From NCBI GenBank assembly GCA_903825395.1, contig CAIKAF010000004.1:5728-69727 (forward strand): a stretch of DNA of 64,000 nt. Reading direction: 5' to 3'. This DNA is from an uncultured Flavobacteriales bacterium. Lineage in GTDB: Bacteria; Bacteroidota; Bacteroidia; CAIKAF01. Of this stretch, positions 10,244-19,881 are shown one piece after another (the first letter of the stretch is position 1; every line of letters starts with the position of its first letter). Both the position numbers and the translations under genes were made by a program. Below the pieces are notes generated by a model, which did no database searches, had not been told where the DNA came from, and saw only the letters and a program-made list of their open reading frames with translations.

Positions 10244-11284
10244 TTAAATGTCCCCCAAATTCCACACCAAAGCCAATTTGCCCTGCCGCTCACCACGGGC
10301 AAAGGCCAACATGGTTGACTCAAAATCGGCTACAGAAACTGCCGTGGCCAAGGGCGGACGCAAATACCCATTTTGGGCGCGCTCAGCCATGGTTTTAAGT
10401 CCCTTCAACAGCAATTCTGGACGCTCACGGCCTACATGCAGCATGTTGAGCGTAGCGATGGAACGCGATGCCAGAAGCATAGTGATTGGATTGTAAATCC
10501 CCGAATTCCAAATCATTAAAGCATCACGAATCAAGGATTTACGGCCTGAGCGAACGGCGGCACCATACGACAACAGCACTCCGCCCGGCCGCAAGCGCTT
10601 GTATCCCTGAGCCAAATGAAGTCCGGCCAAGGGGTCGAAAATTCGGTCAAACTTTTGGTCGGCAGAAATCTGGGTCCACCAAGGCTGTTCTGACCTGTTC
10701 AAAACAGCAACCTGCCCCGGAAATTCTTCCGACAAAGCCTGAAGTTTTTCGGGGTTTCGACTGCTAAACCAAACTCGGGCACCCTGTTGTATCGAGTGTT
10801 CCATTAAAGCCCGACCAACGGCACCGGCGGCAGAGTGCACCAAAACCTGATCGCCGGGCTGAACACTTGTCAGAACCTCCGACAAATACCAGGCGGTCAC
10901 ATAGGCTGTAACCAAGGCACAAGCTTGCGGGGAAGAAAGCTGGGTTGGAGCCATTACCACCTGCGATGCAGGAAGGTCAATCATGGAGGAAAATCCGCCG
11001 AAAGGCGTAAAGGCCATGATGCGTTGATGCAGCATTTCAGCCGAAACTCCTTCTCCTATGGCCTGAATGCTTCCCACAACCTCGTAACCGGGAACAAAAG
11101 GGGTTTTGGGAGCGTCCCCATACAACCCTTGCATCATCAAGGCATCGGCGAAATTAATGCCCGAGGCTTCAACCGCAACGCGCACATACCCGGGAGCAGG
11201 CAAAGGGGGTAGCATTCCGGTATTCAATTCCCAAACAGGCAAGGCTGTGTCTGCCTGCACCAAACACCATTGTTTCATTTCCAT
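10244..11284 (-). CDS. MDR-family NADPH:quinone oxidoreductase (VAT-1-like)
   Basis: GINFAD...PFVPGYEVVG; VLVHSAAGAVG nucleotide-binding motif. Confidence 0.85.
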   Translation of the reverse strand: MEMKQWCLVQADTALPVWELNTGMLPPLPAPGYVRVAVEASGINFADALMMQGLYGDAPKTPFVPGYEVVGSIQAIGEGVSAEMLHQRIMAFTPFGGFSSMIDLPASQVVMAPTQLSSPQACALVTAYVTAWYLSEVLTSVQPGDQVLVHSAAGAVGRALMEHSIQQGARVWFSSRNPEKLQALSEEFPGQVAVLNRSEQPWWTQISADQKFDRIFDPLAGLHLAQGYKRLRPGGVLLSYGAAVRSGRKSLIRDALMIWNSGIYNPITMLLASRSIATLNMLHVGRERPELLLKGLKTMAERAQNGYLRPPLATAVSVADFESTMLAFARGERQGKLALVWNLGDI

Positions 11285-11438
11285 GCTTCAAAGGTGTTGA
11301 AAAATTAGGGATTTGATACCAAGGCCAGCCCCGCTACCAATACCTTTGACAACCCATACATCAGCACATTAACACCTTTTTTGCATGAATAGGCCATGCA
11401 AAACGAAATTCATTGCTGTACCTTTGAAAAAAAAGACC

Positions 11439-11849
11439 ATGAAAACGCTATTGACTTTACTTTTTCCTGCCCTGTTGAGTGTAAGTACTGCCGTTGCTCA
11501 AATGGAACTGGGTCCGAAATTTGATGCCAAAGAAATGGAAGTGGACTTTAATTCGGTAAAAACCGGAGGCAAGCACGATGCGGTTTTTGTTTACAAAAAT
11601 GCCGGCAATCAGCCCCTGTTGATTACACAAGCCGAAGGTTCTTGTGGCTGTACTGTTCCTGATTATCCAAAAGGCCCCTTGAAACCCGGTGGAACCGGTC
11701 AGATTAAAATCACCTATGATGCCAAAGCAAAAGGCCCTTTCAATAAGACGGTTACCTTAACCACCAATGAAGTAGAGGGAAAAAACAGCGATGGGCAAAC
11801 CATTTATAAAAAACACGTCATTCAGGTCAGCGGAAACGTGGTAGATTAA
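11439..11849 (+). CDS. DUF1573 domain exported protein
   Basis: ATG 11439, signal peptide, NAGNQPLLI...GSCGCTVP...PGGTGQIKITYD. Confidence 0.88.
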   Translation: MKTLLTLLFPALLSVSTAVAQMELGPKFDAKEMEVDFNSVKTGGKHDAVFVYKNAGNQPLLITQAEGSCGCTVPDYPKGPLKPGGTGQIKITYDAKAKGPFNKTVTLTTNEVEGKNSDGQTIYKKHVIQVSGNVVD

Positions 11850-11911
11850 GCCGGGTTGCCGTTCAGCATTGCGGCAGAATACCTACTTTTGATGCCTAAT
11901 CTAAACATGCT

Positions 11912-13111
11912 ATGCCTACGGTTTCAAACAAGGGCCTTCAAATGCCCGCTTCCCCCATTCGAAAGTTGGTTCCCTTTGCCGAAGAAGCCAAACGAAAGGG
12001 TAGAAAGGTGTATCATTTAAACATAGGGCAGCCCGATATCAAAACTCCAATTCAGGCCTTGAATGCCATTCAGAATTTTGATTTGCCCGTTGTAGAATAC
12101 AGTCATTCTGCCGGGTTTGCCTCCTACCGCGAAAAGCTCGCCGCCTATTACCAAGGATTGAATTTGCCGGTTCGGTCCGAAGACATTTTGATTACCACCG
12201 GAGGCTCAGAGGCGCTGCTGTTTGGACTGATGAGCTGTTTAGATCCCGGAGATGAGGTTATTATTCCTGAGCCATTTTATGCCAATTATGCCGCTTTTGC
12301 TATTGCTGCCGGGGCCCAAATTGTTCCGGTAACTGCGCATATTGAAGATGGGTTTGCCCTGCCTTCACCCTCGGCCTTTGCCGAAAAAATCAGCGCAAAA
12401 ACCAAAGCTATTGTAATTTGCAATCCGGGGAATCCGACCGGAACGGTTTACTCTGCCGAAGCCTTGAATGCCTTGCGTGATTTGGTCATTAAGCATGATT
12501 TGTTTTTGTTTGCCGACGAGGTGTACCGTGAATTTGTGTACGATGGACAGCCCTTTACCAGCACACTTTCATTGGAAGGGTTGGAACAGCATTTGATTTT
12601 GGTGGATTCGGTGTCGAAGCGCTACAGTATGTGTGGAGCCCGAATTGGAGCCATGATTACCCGAAATGCGGAAGTATATCAGGCCGCCTTAAAATTTGCT
12701 CAAGCCAGACTCAGCCCCCCTACCTTTGGTCAGGTGGCCTCTGAAGCTGCTTTGGACGCTCCGGCATCGTACTTTACTGAAGTGGTTCAAGAGTATGTAC
12801 ACCGCAGAAATCTGACGCACCGCTTACTGACTTCCATTCCCGGAGTTACGGCGCCCCTTCCCGGAGGAGCCTTTTACATGGTAGCGGAATTGCCGGTGGA
12901 AGATGCTGAGGATTTTTGTGCCTGGTTGCTCACAGATTTTGATTGGGAAAACCAAACGGTGATGTTGGCACCTGCAGCAGGTTTTTACCGCAGCGCAGGG
13001 GCAGGAAAAAAGCAAGTCCGCATTGCCTACGTATTAAACGAAGCCGATTTGCAAAACGCCATGCGGTGTTTGGAGTTGGGACTGAAAGCATACCAAGCCC
13101 TTGGTCGCTGA
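11912..13111 (+). CDS. PLP-dependent aminotransferase class I/II (aspartate aminotransferase-like)
   Basis: CNPGNPTG, ADEVYREF, DSVSKRYSMCGARIG. Confidence 0.92.
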   Translation: MPTVSNKGLQMPASPIRKLVPFAEEAKRKGRKVYHLNIGQPDIKTPIQALNAIQNFDLPVVEYSHSAGFASYREKLAAYYQGLNLPVRSEDILITTGGSEALLFGLMSCLDPGDEVIIPEPFYANYAAFAIAAGAQIVPVTAHIEDGFALPSPSAFAEKISAKTKAIVICNPGNPTGTVYSAEALNALRDLVIKHDLFLFADEVYREFVYDGQPFTSTLSLEGLEQHLILVDSVSKRYSMCGARIGAMITRNAEVYQAALKFAQARLSPPTFGQVASEAALDAPASYFTEVVQEYVHRRNLTHRLLTSIPGVTAPLPGGAFYMVAELPVEDAEDFCAWLLTDFDWENQTVMLAPAAGFYRSAGAGKKQVRIAYVLNEADLQNAMRCLELGLKAYQALGR

Positions 13112-13164
13112 GGCCAATCCAATGTGCTGCAGCTCCTTTAACTTCTAGTCCCCTTTCGGCAGAT

Positions 13165-15285
13165 TTATTGAACAATCCATTTCACGGACTCTCCTCCATT
13201 GACCGGCACCAAAAAGTACAGACCTGAAGCGAGCAGCATCTTTGGCAATGCCGTCATGGTTTCCGGTTGTGCATCAAAGGCAGCTACCCTTTTGCCCTGT
13301 GAATCTAAAATCCAGATTGTTCCTCCCACATGCTGGGGTGGAGCATAATAATACCCCTCACCTTGAGATGGGTTGGGAAAAACCTGCGCCTTATCTTCAG
13401 CTAAAGGACTAGGCTGGCACCAGTTTTTATCTTCCCAACCTACTTCCGAATTCCAAGTTAATTCCTGATTCAGGCCTTTAAATCTAATCTCAGCAAAGGG
13501 GATTGCCGGTGGTGTTTCATGCCAGTCAGGCCAGCTTATGTTGACACAAGCAATTCCCAGGCACAAGGTGTCGGTATTGCTTCCAGAAACAGAATCGGTC
13601 GATACCCGCTTCCAAATCAAATTGCCCTGGGTATCTAGAATACGCAGCTCGGCTTGTTTAAGCTCGGAGTGGCTATATTGAATGGTGTTTATTGGTGCCG
13701 GATTAATTCGAACATAAGCAGAGCGCAGGTTGTCGGCGGGGTATTCATCGGGCATTCCCTCAGGTAAAATCAGGCGAAGTTCCAGGCTGTCGCTGCCAAG
13801 GGCAAAAGGAATTTTGGGCCGTAAATCCAGCCATAGGGTATCAGAAAAAGCCATGGTACAAGGCTGTTTCCATTTAACAATGCCCTGCTTTGATTTCAAT
13901 TCTAGACCTACAGAATCAGGACAATTTCGACCCCAATGCACAAGACCGGCCAATATGGGTTGCCCCTGGCAATACAAGTTGGGTTCGGGCGCCAGCAATT
14001 CCAAATCTACATCCAAAGCCGCTTGTGGATAATATCCCCCGGGCATAGCTGCAGTTCCCTGCTGAATCGGATCTAGCCAAACACCTAAGCTACGGGCAGA
14101 ATCAAGTCCAGCCCAACCTGCAAACAAGCCTCCATAATAATCTTCCAGCTCGTTGCCACAGGCGGCATAACCTCCACGAAGATGCCCCACCACCTGATTG
14201 GTTTCGGCCTGGATTAATGGACTTCCGCTGGAACCCGGCTCGGTGGTACCCGTGGCCCAACGGTTCACCCTAAGGTAAGCACCTGTTCCTGAAACTACGC
14301 CCAAATAGGTACTGCGTCCCAGTCCATTCATTTCTGCCTTAGAATGCTTAAGTACATCTCCACTGGGATGATGCAAACCATAATATGCAGGCCCCGGTAC
14401 GCTATCGCTTCGATTCCAGCCCGCCCAGAAAGGCTTCCATTGAGGCAGAGGATTGCGATCTAGCTTCCACAATTCTCCATCTGAAATGGAGCTGGAGGCC
14501 AGCTTAACGGCTCCCTGCACCGACCGATTTAAGGCCGCATCGGGCCCACCACAACTTGGACTAAAATAATCAAATACAAAAATGGACTCAGAACTTGTAT
14601 TGCAGTGCCGAGCGGTTAAAATAAGGGGCGAGCCATCTTGAGCAGTATTGTTCAGCAAAGTGCCGGTGCAGCGGCGCGCTCCTGTGGGCGATAAAATTAA
14701 GACCATGGCATCTTTTACCTGATTTTGCCCCAAACATTCAACATCGATGTTGCAGGGTCCGGCGCTTCCAAATCCGCTTTTTTCTGAGCTGGGTTCATAC
14801 CACAGGTGCGAAATTCTCCAATTGGGGGGAATTGCCTGAGTTGTTTCCCAAATCAAACACAAAGAATCTCCTGAAATGGGCGGAACCGCAAAATCGCCGC
14901 GGGAATTGGCATGTCGGAAATCAAAAGGGCCACGCAATTCCCGATTTGACAGCAACCACAATTGCTCTCCTGCTTGAGGGGAAAAACCCTGTAAAACAGG
15001 AACCGTGGCCTTAACCTGATTCATGGTAAAGCCTACACTGTATTGGATTCTATGCCCTTGAGCCTGAGCTGTCCAGGTGCCTTGGCCGGGGAGCAGATTC
15101 ATTACCTGTCCCCAAGGTTGCGTTTTTTCCTGGTTTGGTTCAGAAAGCAGAAGTACGGGATTGGGGGTTAAAACCGTCCAATCTACCCATTCCGGGAAGG
15201 CTGTAGGTTTTGGAGACGTGAATTCCTGAGCGAAAGTGCTCAGTAGCAATCCCAACGCAAATAGTACCGTCCAAACCGATTTCAT
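13165..15285 (-). CDS. Lysyl-endopeptidase-like trypsin serine protease with T9SS CTD
   Basis: CTGTLLNN, LTARHC, HHPSGD, TEPGSSGSPL; C-terminal VFPNPS...GLYFL. Confidence 0.85.
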   Translation of the reverse strand: MKSVWTVLFALGLLLSTFAQEFTSPKPTAFPEWVDWTVLTPNPVLLLSEPNQEKTQPWGQVMNLLPGQGTWTAQAQGHRIQYSVGFTMNQVKATVPVLQGFSPQAGEQLWLLSNRELRGPFDFRHANSRGDFAVPPISGDSLCLIWETTQAIPPNWRISHLWYEPSSEKSGFGSAGPCNIDVECLGQNQVKDAMVLILSPTGARRCTGTLLNNTAQDGSPLILTARHCNTSSESIFVFDYFSPSCGGPDAALNRSVQGAVKLASSSISDGELWKLDRNPLPQWKPFWAGWNRSDSVPGPAYYGLHHPSGDVLKHSKAEMNGLGRSTYLGVVSGTGAYLRVNRWATGTTEPGSSGSPLIQAETNQVVGHLRGGYAACGNELEDYYGGLFAGWAGLDSARSLGVWLDPIQQGTAAMPGGYYPQAALDVDLELLAPEPNLYCQGQPILAGLVHWGRNCPDSVGLELKSKQGIVKWKQPCTMAFSDTLWLDLRPKIPFALGSDSLELRLILPEGMPDEYPADNLRSAYVRINPAPINTIQYSHSELKQAELRILDTQGNLIWKRVSTDSVSGSNTDTLCLGIACVNISWPDWHETPPAIPFAEIRFKGLNQELTWNSEVGWEDKNWCQPSPLAEDKAQVFPNPSQGEGYYYAPPQHVGGTIWILDSQGKRVAAFDAQPETMTALPKMLLASGLYFLVPVNGGESVKWIVQ

Positions 15286-15348
15286 TGCTTAAAGATACGG
15301 CAGGAAACGGAATTCTACCGTTTCGATGCTGATTCGGCAGCCTGATTT

Positions 15349-16368
15349 CTATTTTCTGCGCTGAGGATCTAAGGCCTCGTGTCCTAAATCTGTAAGTCCA
15401 TTCAAAAGGGCAAACAAGGCCGAGGTGGTAATGATACAGCCCATAACCACTGGATAATCCATGGTTTGAATGCCCAATACCAGTGCGCGTCCCAGCCCTT
15501 TCCATCCAAAAATATATTCCACAAATACAGCTCCTGCCAGTAAGCTACCAAACCAGCCTGTAAACGTAGTCCAAACAGGGCCCAGAGAGGCGCGCAGCAG
15601 GTGGACAAACCAAACCCGTTTACTGGGCATGCCCTTGGCTTCTGCGGTGCGTACAAAGAGCAATTCCCGATTGGAGAGCAGGGTGTTTTTGGTCATTTGA
15701 AGCATCACAGATAAGGGGCGTATTCCCAGCGTAACGGCAGGAAGAATCAAATGTTGAAGGGCCAAGTGCCGTTCTCCGCTCAGATTATCTATATAAAACA
15801 AACTTCCCCAAGGGGGCAGGCCAGTAATGTGATGGAGCACAAAACCAAAAATCCAGGCGATTAAAATGGCTGAAAAAAAACTAGGCAATGCCATACCGGC
15901 GGTACTTAGGGTGAGTAGCAGTTTTTCCCACCATTGATTTTCATTTCGTGCGGCTATATATCCCAAAGCGATTCCTCCAAATCCTGCCAGCAGCATAGAG
16001 GCTAGGGCCAATATCAGCGTAGCCGGAAAAGCCGAGGCCACAATATCGCTAACCGCGCGCCCTGTTTGATAGCTTTTGCCAAAAGAGGGCCATTTAAATC
16101 CAAGGGACAAGCCGGAGTCGGGATTCGATTTCAGTCCTATTGGACTAAGGTCGTTCAGGTACCAAGCTACTTGTTTCCAAACGGGCAAATCCAGGCGAAG
16201 TTCCTGTTTAAGAGCAGCAATGGTTGCGGAATCGGTTTGTTGTCCGGCCAGCTCGTACACGGCCTGATCTCGGCTATTGAGCAGACCGAAAAACAACCAT
16301 GAAAGCAGGGTTGCGCTTCCGAAGGCATACAACAAACTTCGTCCAACTATGCTGCCAAGGCGTTTCAA
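15349..16368 (-). CDS. ABC peptide transporter permease (DppB/OppB family)
   Basis: FVRTAEAKG EAA-like loop; LAGAVFVEYIFGWKGLG. Confidence 0.88.
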   Translation of the reverse strand: MKRLGSIVGRSLLYAFGSATLLSWLFFGLLNSRDQAVYELAGQQTDSATIAALKQELRLDLPVWKQVAWYLNDLSPIGLKSNPDSGLSLGFKWPSFGKSYQTGRAVSDIVASAFPATLILALASMLLAGFGGIALGYIAARNENQWWEKLLLTLSTAGMALPSFFSAILIAWIFGFVLHHITGLPPWGSLFYIDNLSGERHLALQHLILPAVTLGIRPLSVMLQMTKNTLLSNRELLFVRTAEAKGMPSKRVWFVHLLRASLGPVWTTFTGWFGSLLAGAVFVEYIFGWKGLGRALVLGIQTMDYPVVMGCIITTSALFALLNGLTDLGHEALDPQRRK

Positions 16369-17798
16369 CGCTGCAGTAAGCTGGACAGATCATCGGGCGA
16401 GGGCAAGTTGCGGGCGGCCCATTTTGCTACCACTTTACCATCCTTAATCAGCACCAAGCCTCCGTTGCTTCGTAGAATGGTTTTAAGGGCTTTTTCATCG
16501 TTAAAACAAACGGGGATGTCCAACTGATTTTCATTTTTAAACTCATTCAGGACTTCGTCAAAATCGGGAGCGGCCAGAAGGTAAAGAATGCCGGCATTGC
16601 GGGCCGTAGGAATAAGCGCTTTTTGGTCTTTCACCACCGAAGCTGAGGCTTCATTCAAATGGTTGTAGGCTCCCAAAAGAACATATCCTTTGGTTTTGAA
16701 CAAGCTATCGCCGTACTCTTCGCCGGAATAGGAATCTCGAAGCGTAATGTCTTTAATACCGGGTTCTTGTCCTTTTTCCAAAATGGTTTGATCTTGTTTC
16801 CAGAACAAGTGGGTTGCTTCGAAGGTCGAATCCAGCCAATCCCAATTGTCGGTAGGTTGGCGAACTTCCAGGCAATCGCTTTTGCGAACGTACACCATTT
16901 GAACCGAAACCCGGTCGGAGACAAAGGTTGCCCCTTCGCGGATGTCTTTCCCCACGGCCCAAGCGCGGTAATCTTTAACCGGTTCAAAGGCCGAACAATA
17001 CAACGAAAATCCGGTGGTAATGACCAGAGCCAGGGCCATTCCCCAATTGGCCCCTGAGCTTGGTTTCCAGGCTCTTCCGGCTTCAAAAATCAAATGAAAT
17101 ACACCCAAAAGCACAGCCGGCAGCCACCAATCAAACTGAAGACCACACAAGGCGGCCATACCGATGCTAGAGGCCGTTAGCATGGCCAACCGGGCGGCGT
17201 TGCTTTCCTTGGCTTTGGCTAAGGTTCTCTGCCAAATAAACAACGGTAAAATGAACACCAACAAGAAAATATCCTTGTAAAACGATTGCCAAGGAGTCAG
17301 CTTTAACGCATCGCCAAAGCAACCGCAATCGGTCACTTTTTCATAATAGGCCGAGTAAAACGTGAGGAAGGAGAAAAAGACGGTCAGCAGCAGCAGGAGC
17401 CAAACACTCCACCGCAAAAAGACACCATGCAGCAGCGACAATCCAAGGGCAATTTCCAGGACGCAAATAAAAATAGCCATGGCTAGGGCATTGTCACCGA
17501 AAAAGGAAAACATATTGAGCAAAAACGGCACACCTGCCGCATAATCCTTTTCTTGCAACTGTATGTCCTCTTTAGAATACATGGCATCTTTGAACGCTTC
17601 GGCACAAGGCTCATCTTTCAATTTTTCCCCGTCTTCGGTCAGTACCATTTCCGTTTTATGCGTCAAATCGTGGGCAAAAACCTCAAAGTACTCTTCCAAC
17701 TTATAGGAAAATCCATGAGGATCATTGGCTTTAATCAAGCCCGACAAAATGAAAATGGTGCCTACAATCAGGCGGGAGGTCCACAACAGTATTTTCAT
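16365..17798 (-). CDS. DoxX/MauE-family membrane protein with C-terminal thioredoxin-like domain (BT_3928-like)
   Basis: SGLIKANDPHGFSYKLEEYF, DCGCFGDALKLTPWQSF, ALKTILRSNGG; ATG 17798. Confidence 0.82.
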   Translation of the reverse strand: MKILLWTSRLIVGTIFILSGLIKANDPHGFSYKLEEYFEVFAHDLTHKTEMVLTEDGEKLKDEPCAEAFKDAMYSKEDIQLQEKDYAAGVPFLLNMFSFFGDNALAMAIFICVLEIALGLSLLHGVFLRWSVWLLLLLTVFFSFLTFYSAYYEKVTDCGCFGDALKLTPWQSFYKDIFLLVFILPLFIWQRTLAKAKESNAARLAMLTASSIGMAALCGLQFDWWLPAVLLGVFHLIFEAGRAWKPSSGANWGMALALVITTGFSLYCSAFEPVKDYRAWAVGKDIREGATFVSDRVSVQMVYVRKSDCLEVRQPTDNWDWLDSTFEATHLFWKQDQTILEKGQEPGIKDITLRDSYSGEEYGDSLFKTKGYVLLGAYNHLNEASASVVKDQKALIPTARNAGILYLLAAPDFDEVLNEFKNENQLDIPVCFNDEKALKTILRSNGGLVLIKDGKVVAKWAARNLPSPDDLSSLLQR

Positions 17799-17875
17799 AA
17801 CTACGAATGTACAACGTCCGAAAAGAGCTTGCAAAAATCTTAACGAAACAATAACAACTTGGCGAGTTTTTAGGT

Positions 17876-18124
17876 TTATCGTCCTTTAAGTGTGCGCACT
17901 GCGGGCAAAAAAATACCGTGCATAGCATCGAACTGTGTTTTTACTTGAGCTAGGAACTCTGGGCTTGCCAGTCGTTTAATTTCGTCGGTATCTGAAGCCA
18001 TTTCGGTGGTAAACTTATACACTTGTTCATAGGGGCCGGCTTCAATTCGGAGCAGCCATTTATCGTTCATCTTTAAAATGGAAATTCGAAATTCAGAATG
18101 GGGAATGGTATCTACAATTCTCAT
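17876..18124 (-). CDS. Conserved hypothetical protein
   Basis: 82-aa ORF overlapping maf stop (ATGA); MRIVDTIPH...EAGPYEQVYK. Confidence 0.7.
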   Translation of the reverse strand: MRIVDTIPHSEFRISILKMNDKWLLRIEAGPYEQVYKFTTEMASDTDEIKRLASPEFLAQVKTQFDAMHGIFLPAVRTLKGR

Positions 18125-18723
18125 GATACGGGTTTAAACTGATTCAAAGCCGAAAACAACAAAACGGTGGGCAAGCCCATAATGGTATAAAAATTTCCTT
18201 CGATGCGTTCAATGCAAGCCATACCAAACCATTCTTGAATGCCATATCCGCCGGCTTTATCAAAGGGTTGGGCTTGGTCCACATACTGTTCAATTTCGGG
18301 TTGAGATAGGGGGCGAACCTGAACCACAGCGGTATCGGTAAAACTTTTAAATCCAGAGGCATGCGCCAAGCAAACGGCGGTACTTACTTGGTGTGTGGTT
18401 CCTTGCAGGTCCATCAACATCTGTATGGCCTGCTGCCGGTTTGCCGGCTTACCGTACATGGCCTTTTCTTTCCACACAACGGTATCGGCTGTAATCACCA
18501 AATGTTGTGGCTGAGCGGACAGTAGATCTTGAAAGGCATGAGCCTTGGTTTTGGCCAGCCATTCTGCGACCTCTTCCACAGGAATGTTGGGAAGTTCCTC
18601 TTCGTTTACGGGGCGGACCATCACCTGAAAATCAAAGCCTAGGGCTTTCAGCAATTCCATGCGCCTGGGCGAGGCAGAACCTAAAATCAGGGAATAGGGG
18701 AACGAAGCGGCTTGTGTGGACAT
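18121..18723 (-). CDS. maf: Maf family nucleotide pyrophosphatase
   Basis: LGSASPRR, ITADTVV, GKP, DKAGGYGIQ. Confidence 0.94.
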   Translation of the reverse strand: MSTQAASFPYSLILGSASPRRMELLKALGFDFQVMVRPVNEEELPNIPVEEVAEWLAKTKAHAFQDLLSAQPQHLVITADTVVWKEKAMYGKPANRQQAIQMLMDLQGTTHQVSTAVCLAHASGFKSFTDTAVVQVRPLSQPEIEQYVDQAQPFDKAGGYGIQEWFGMACIERIEGNFYTIMGLPTVLLFSALNQFKPVS

Positions 18724-18738
18724 TTAAAGTTTAATGCG

Positions 18739-19566
18739 TTAAAAATAAAAATTCCAATAGAGTCCGAATAAGCCCAACAGCATCGACCATTTTAGAAGAG
18801 AGGCTACCCATTTAAAATTTCGGGAAAACAGCAGAAAAGGAATAAGAAGCACATAAGCAACTCCAATAGCGACTCCGCCTTCCCCGTCAACTCTGTGGTG
18901 TGACTCTTTCAGCAAAAGGAAGAAATACCCGGCTGAATAGGCCGCAAGCAAGCATAAGGACAGGATGGACAGGCAGCGGTACAGCCAAACGGGGGGCGGA
19001 GGATAGCGCAGGGGTTTGGCTTGCACATCGCCGGCTCGGTCTTGAAGGCTTTTGAACAATTCCCTTGAAAAATGGACGGCGCCCACGCAAAAGGCACCCC
19101 AATACGCCGCCATAGAATTGGCTGCTGTGTGGCGCATCAAAATGTAGAAAAATCCGGCCAAGACGGCGGACAACCAAAGATTGCCGATTATAGGCATGAA
19201 TTGAAACCGGGTGTTGTACAAATACAGTCCAAATCCTGCGGCGGCGAGCCAAACCGAATGTCGAATTGGCGTAATGAGCAGAAGTAAAACCACACAAATG
19301 GGCCATAAAAAAAGAAAGCCCAAGCGCGCCAATTTAAGCAGGGATTTGTTTTCAAAGGGGTTAGTTCCGGGGCGATTTATGGCATCGGCCTTAACATCGC
19401 AGGCATCGTTGTGCCAGTTGCCTATGAGCATAAACAGCAAGAGCAACCAAGACAGGGGAGAATAAAACAGCCTTGGATTCAAAACAAAAATGCTGAGCAG
19501 AAGAAGGCCCAGGTTTTTTAGGCGTAGGCTATGCACCAGGGGCGAGCGAAAAAAAACAACCATCAA
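18739..19566 (-). CDS. UbiA-family prenyltransferase (DGGGP-synthase-like); start uncertain
   Basis: NDACDVKADAINRPG first Asp motif; RELFKSLQDRAGD; multiple TM segments. Confidence 0.72.
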   Translation of the reverse strand: MMVVFFRSPLVHSLRLKNLGLLLLSIFVLNPRLFYSPLSWLLLLFMLIGNWHNDACDVKADAINRPGTNPFENKSLLKLARLGFLFLWPICVVLLLLITPIRHSVWLAAAGFGLYLYNTRFQFMPIIGNLWLSAVLAGFFYILMRHTAANSMAAYWGAFCVGAVHFSRELFKSLQDRAGDVQAKPLRYPPPPVWLYRCLSILSLCLLAAYSAGYFFLLLKESHHRVDGEGGVAIGVAYVLLIPFLLFSRNFKWVASLLKWSMLLGLFGLYWNFYF

Positions 19567-19607
19567 TTTAGAATAAAAAAATGAAAACAGAATGGGCCTT
19601 GAGGCCT

Positions 19608-19750
19608 GCGGCAGGGATTGAAGAGGCTAGAACGCAAGGGCAGCAGGCCGGGCCACGCCAGCAAAAAAGAGCGACCTTGGAAGCTCCTTTTTTGCGGCTG
19701 TGGCCGGGCCTGCTGACTGCGGACTAGCCCTGAAAGCCCGCAGTCCGCCC
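19608..19750 (+). repeat. Structured ~143-bp dispersed hairpin element, copy 2
   Basis: GCGGCAGGGATTGA-AG-A-GGCTAG...GCGAC-CTTG-GAAGC...CTAGCC-CT-GAAAGCCCG...CCGCCC. Confidence 0.9.
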
Positions 19751-19881
19751 CAAAAAAAAGACAAAAAACGCAGAACACAACAAGGAGCATGGCTTAAAGG
19801 TACAACCTTGCATGGAATTGCAGGGCTAAAAACTGACTTTAAAATTCTATATCTTGCGGTCAAATATAGCAACGTCTCTTT

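Noticed and set aside
19608-19750. Hammerhead ribozyme reading of the repeat (UUGAAGA...GAAA resembles CUGANGA...GAAA)
   Set aside because: The C3 position is U, the supposed G8 varies (G, U, C) and covaries as an ordinary base pair, and no three-way junction or cleavage triplet is evident.
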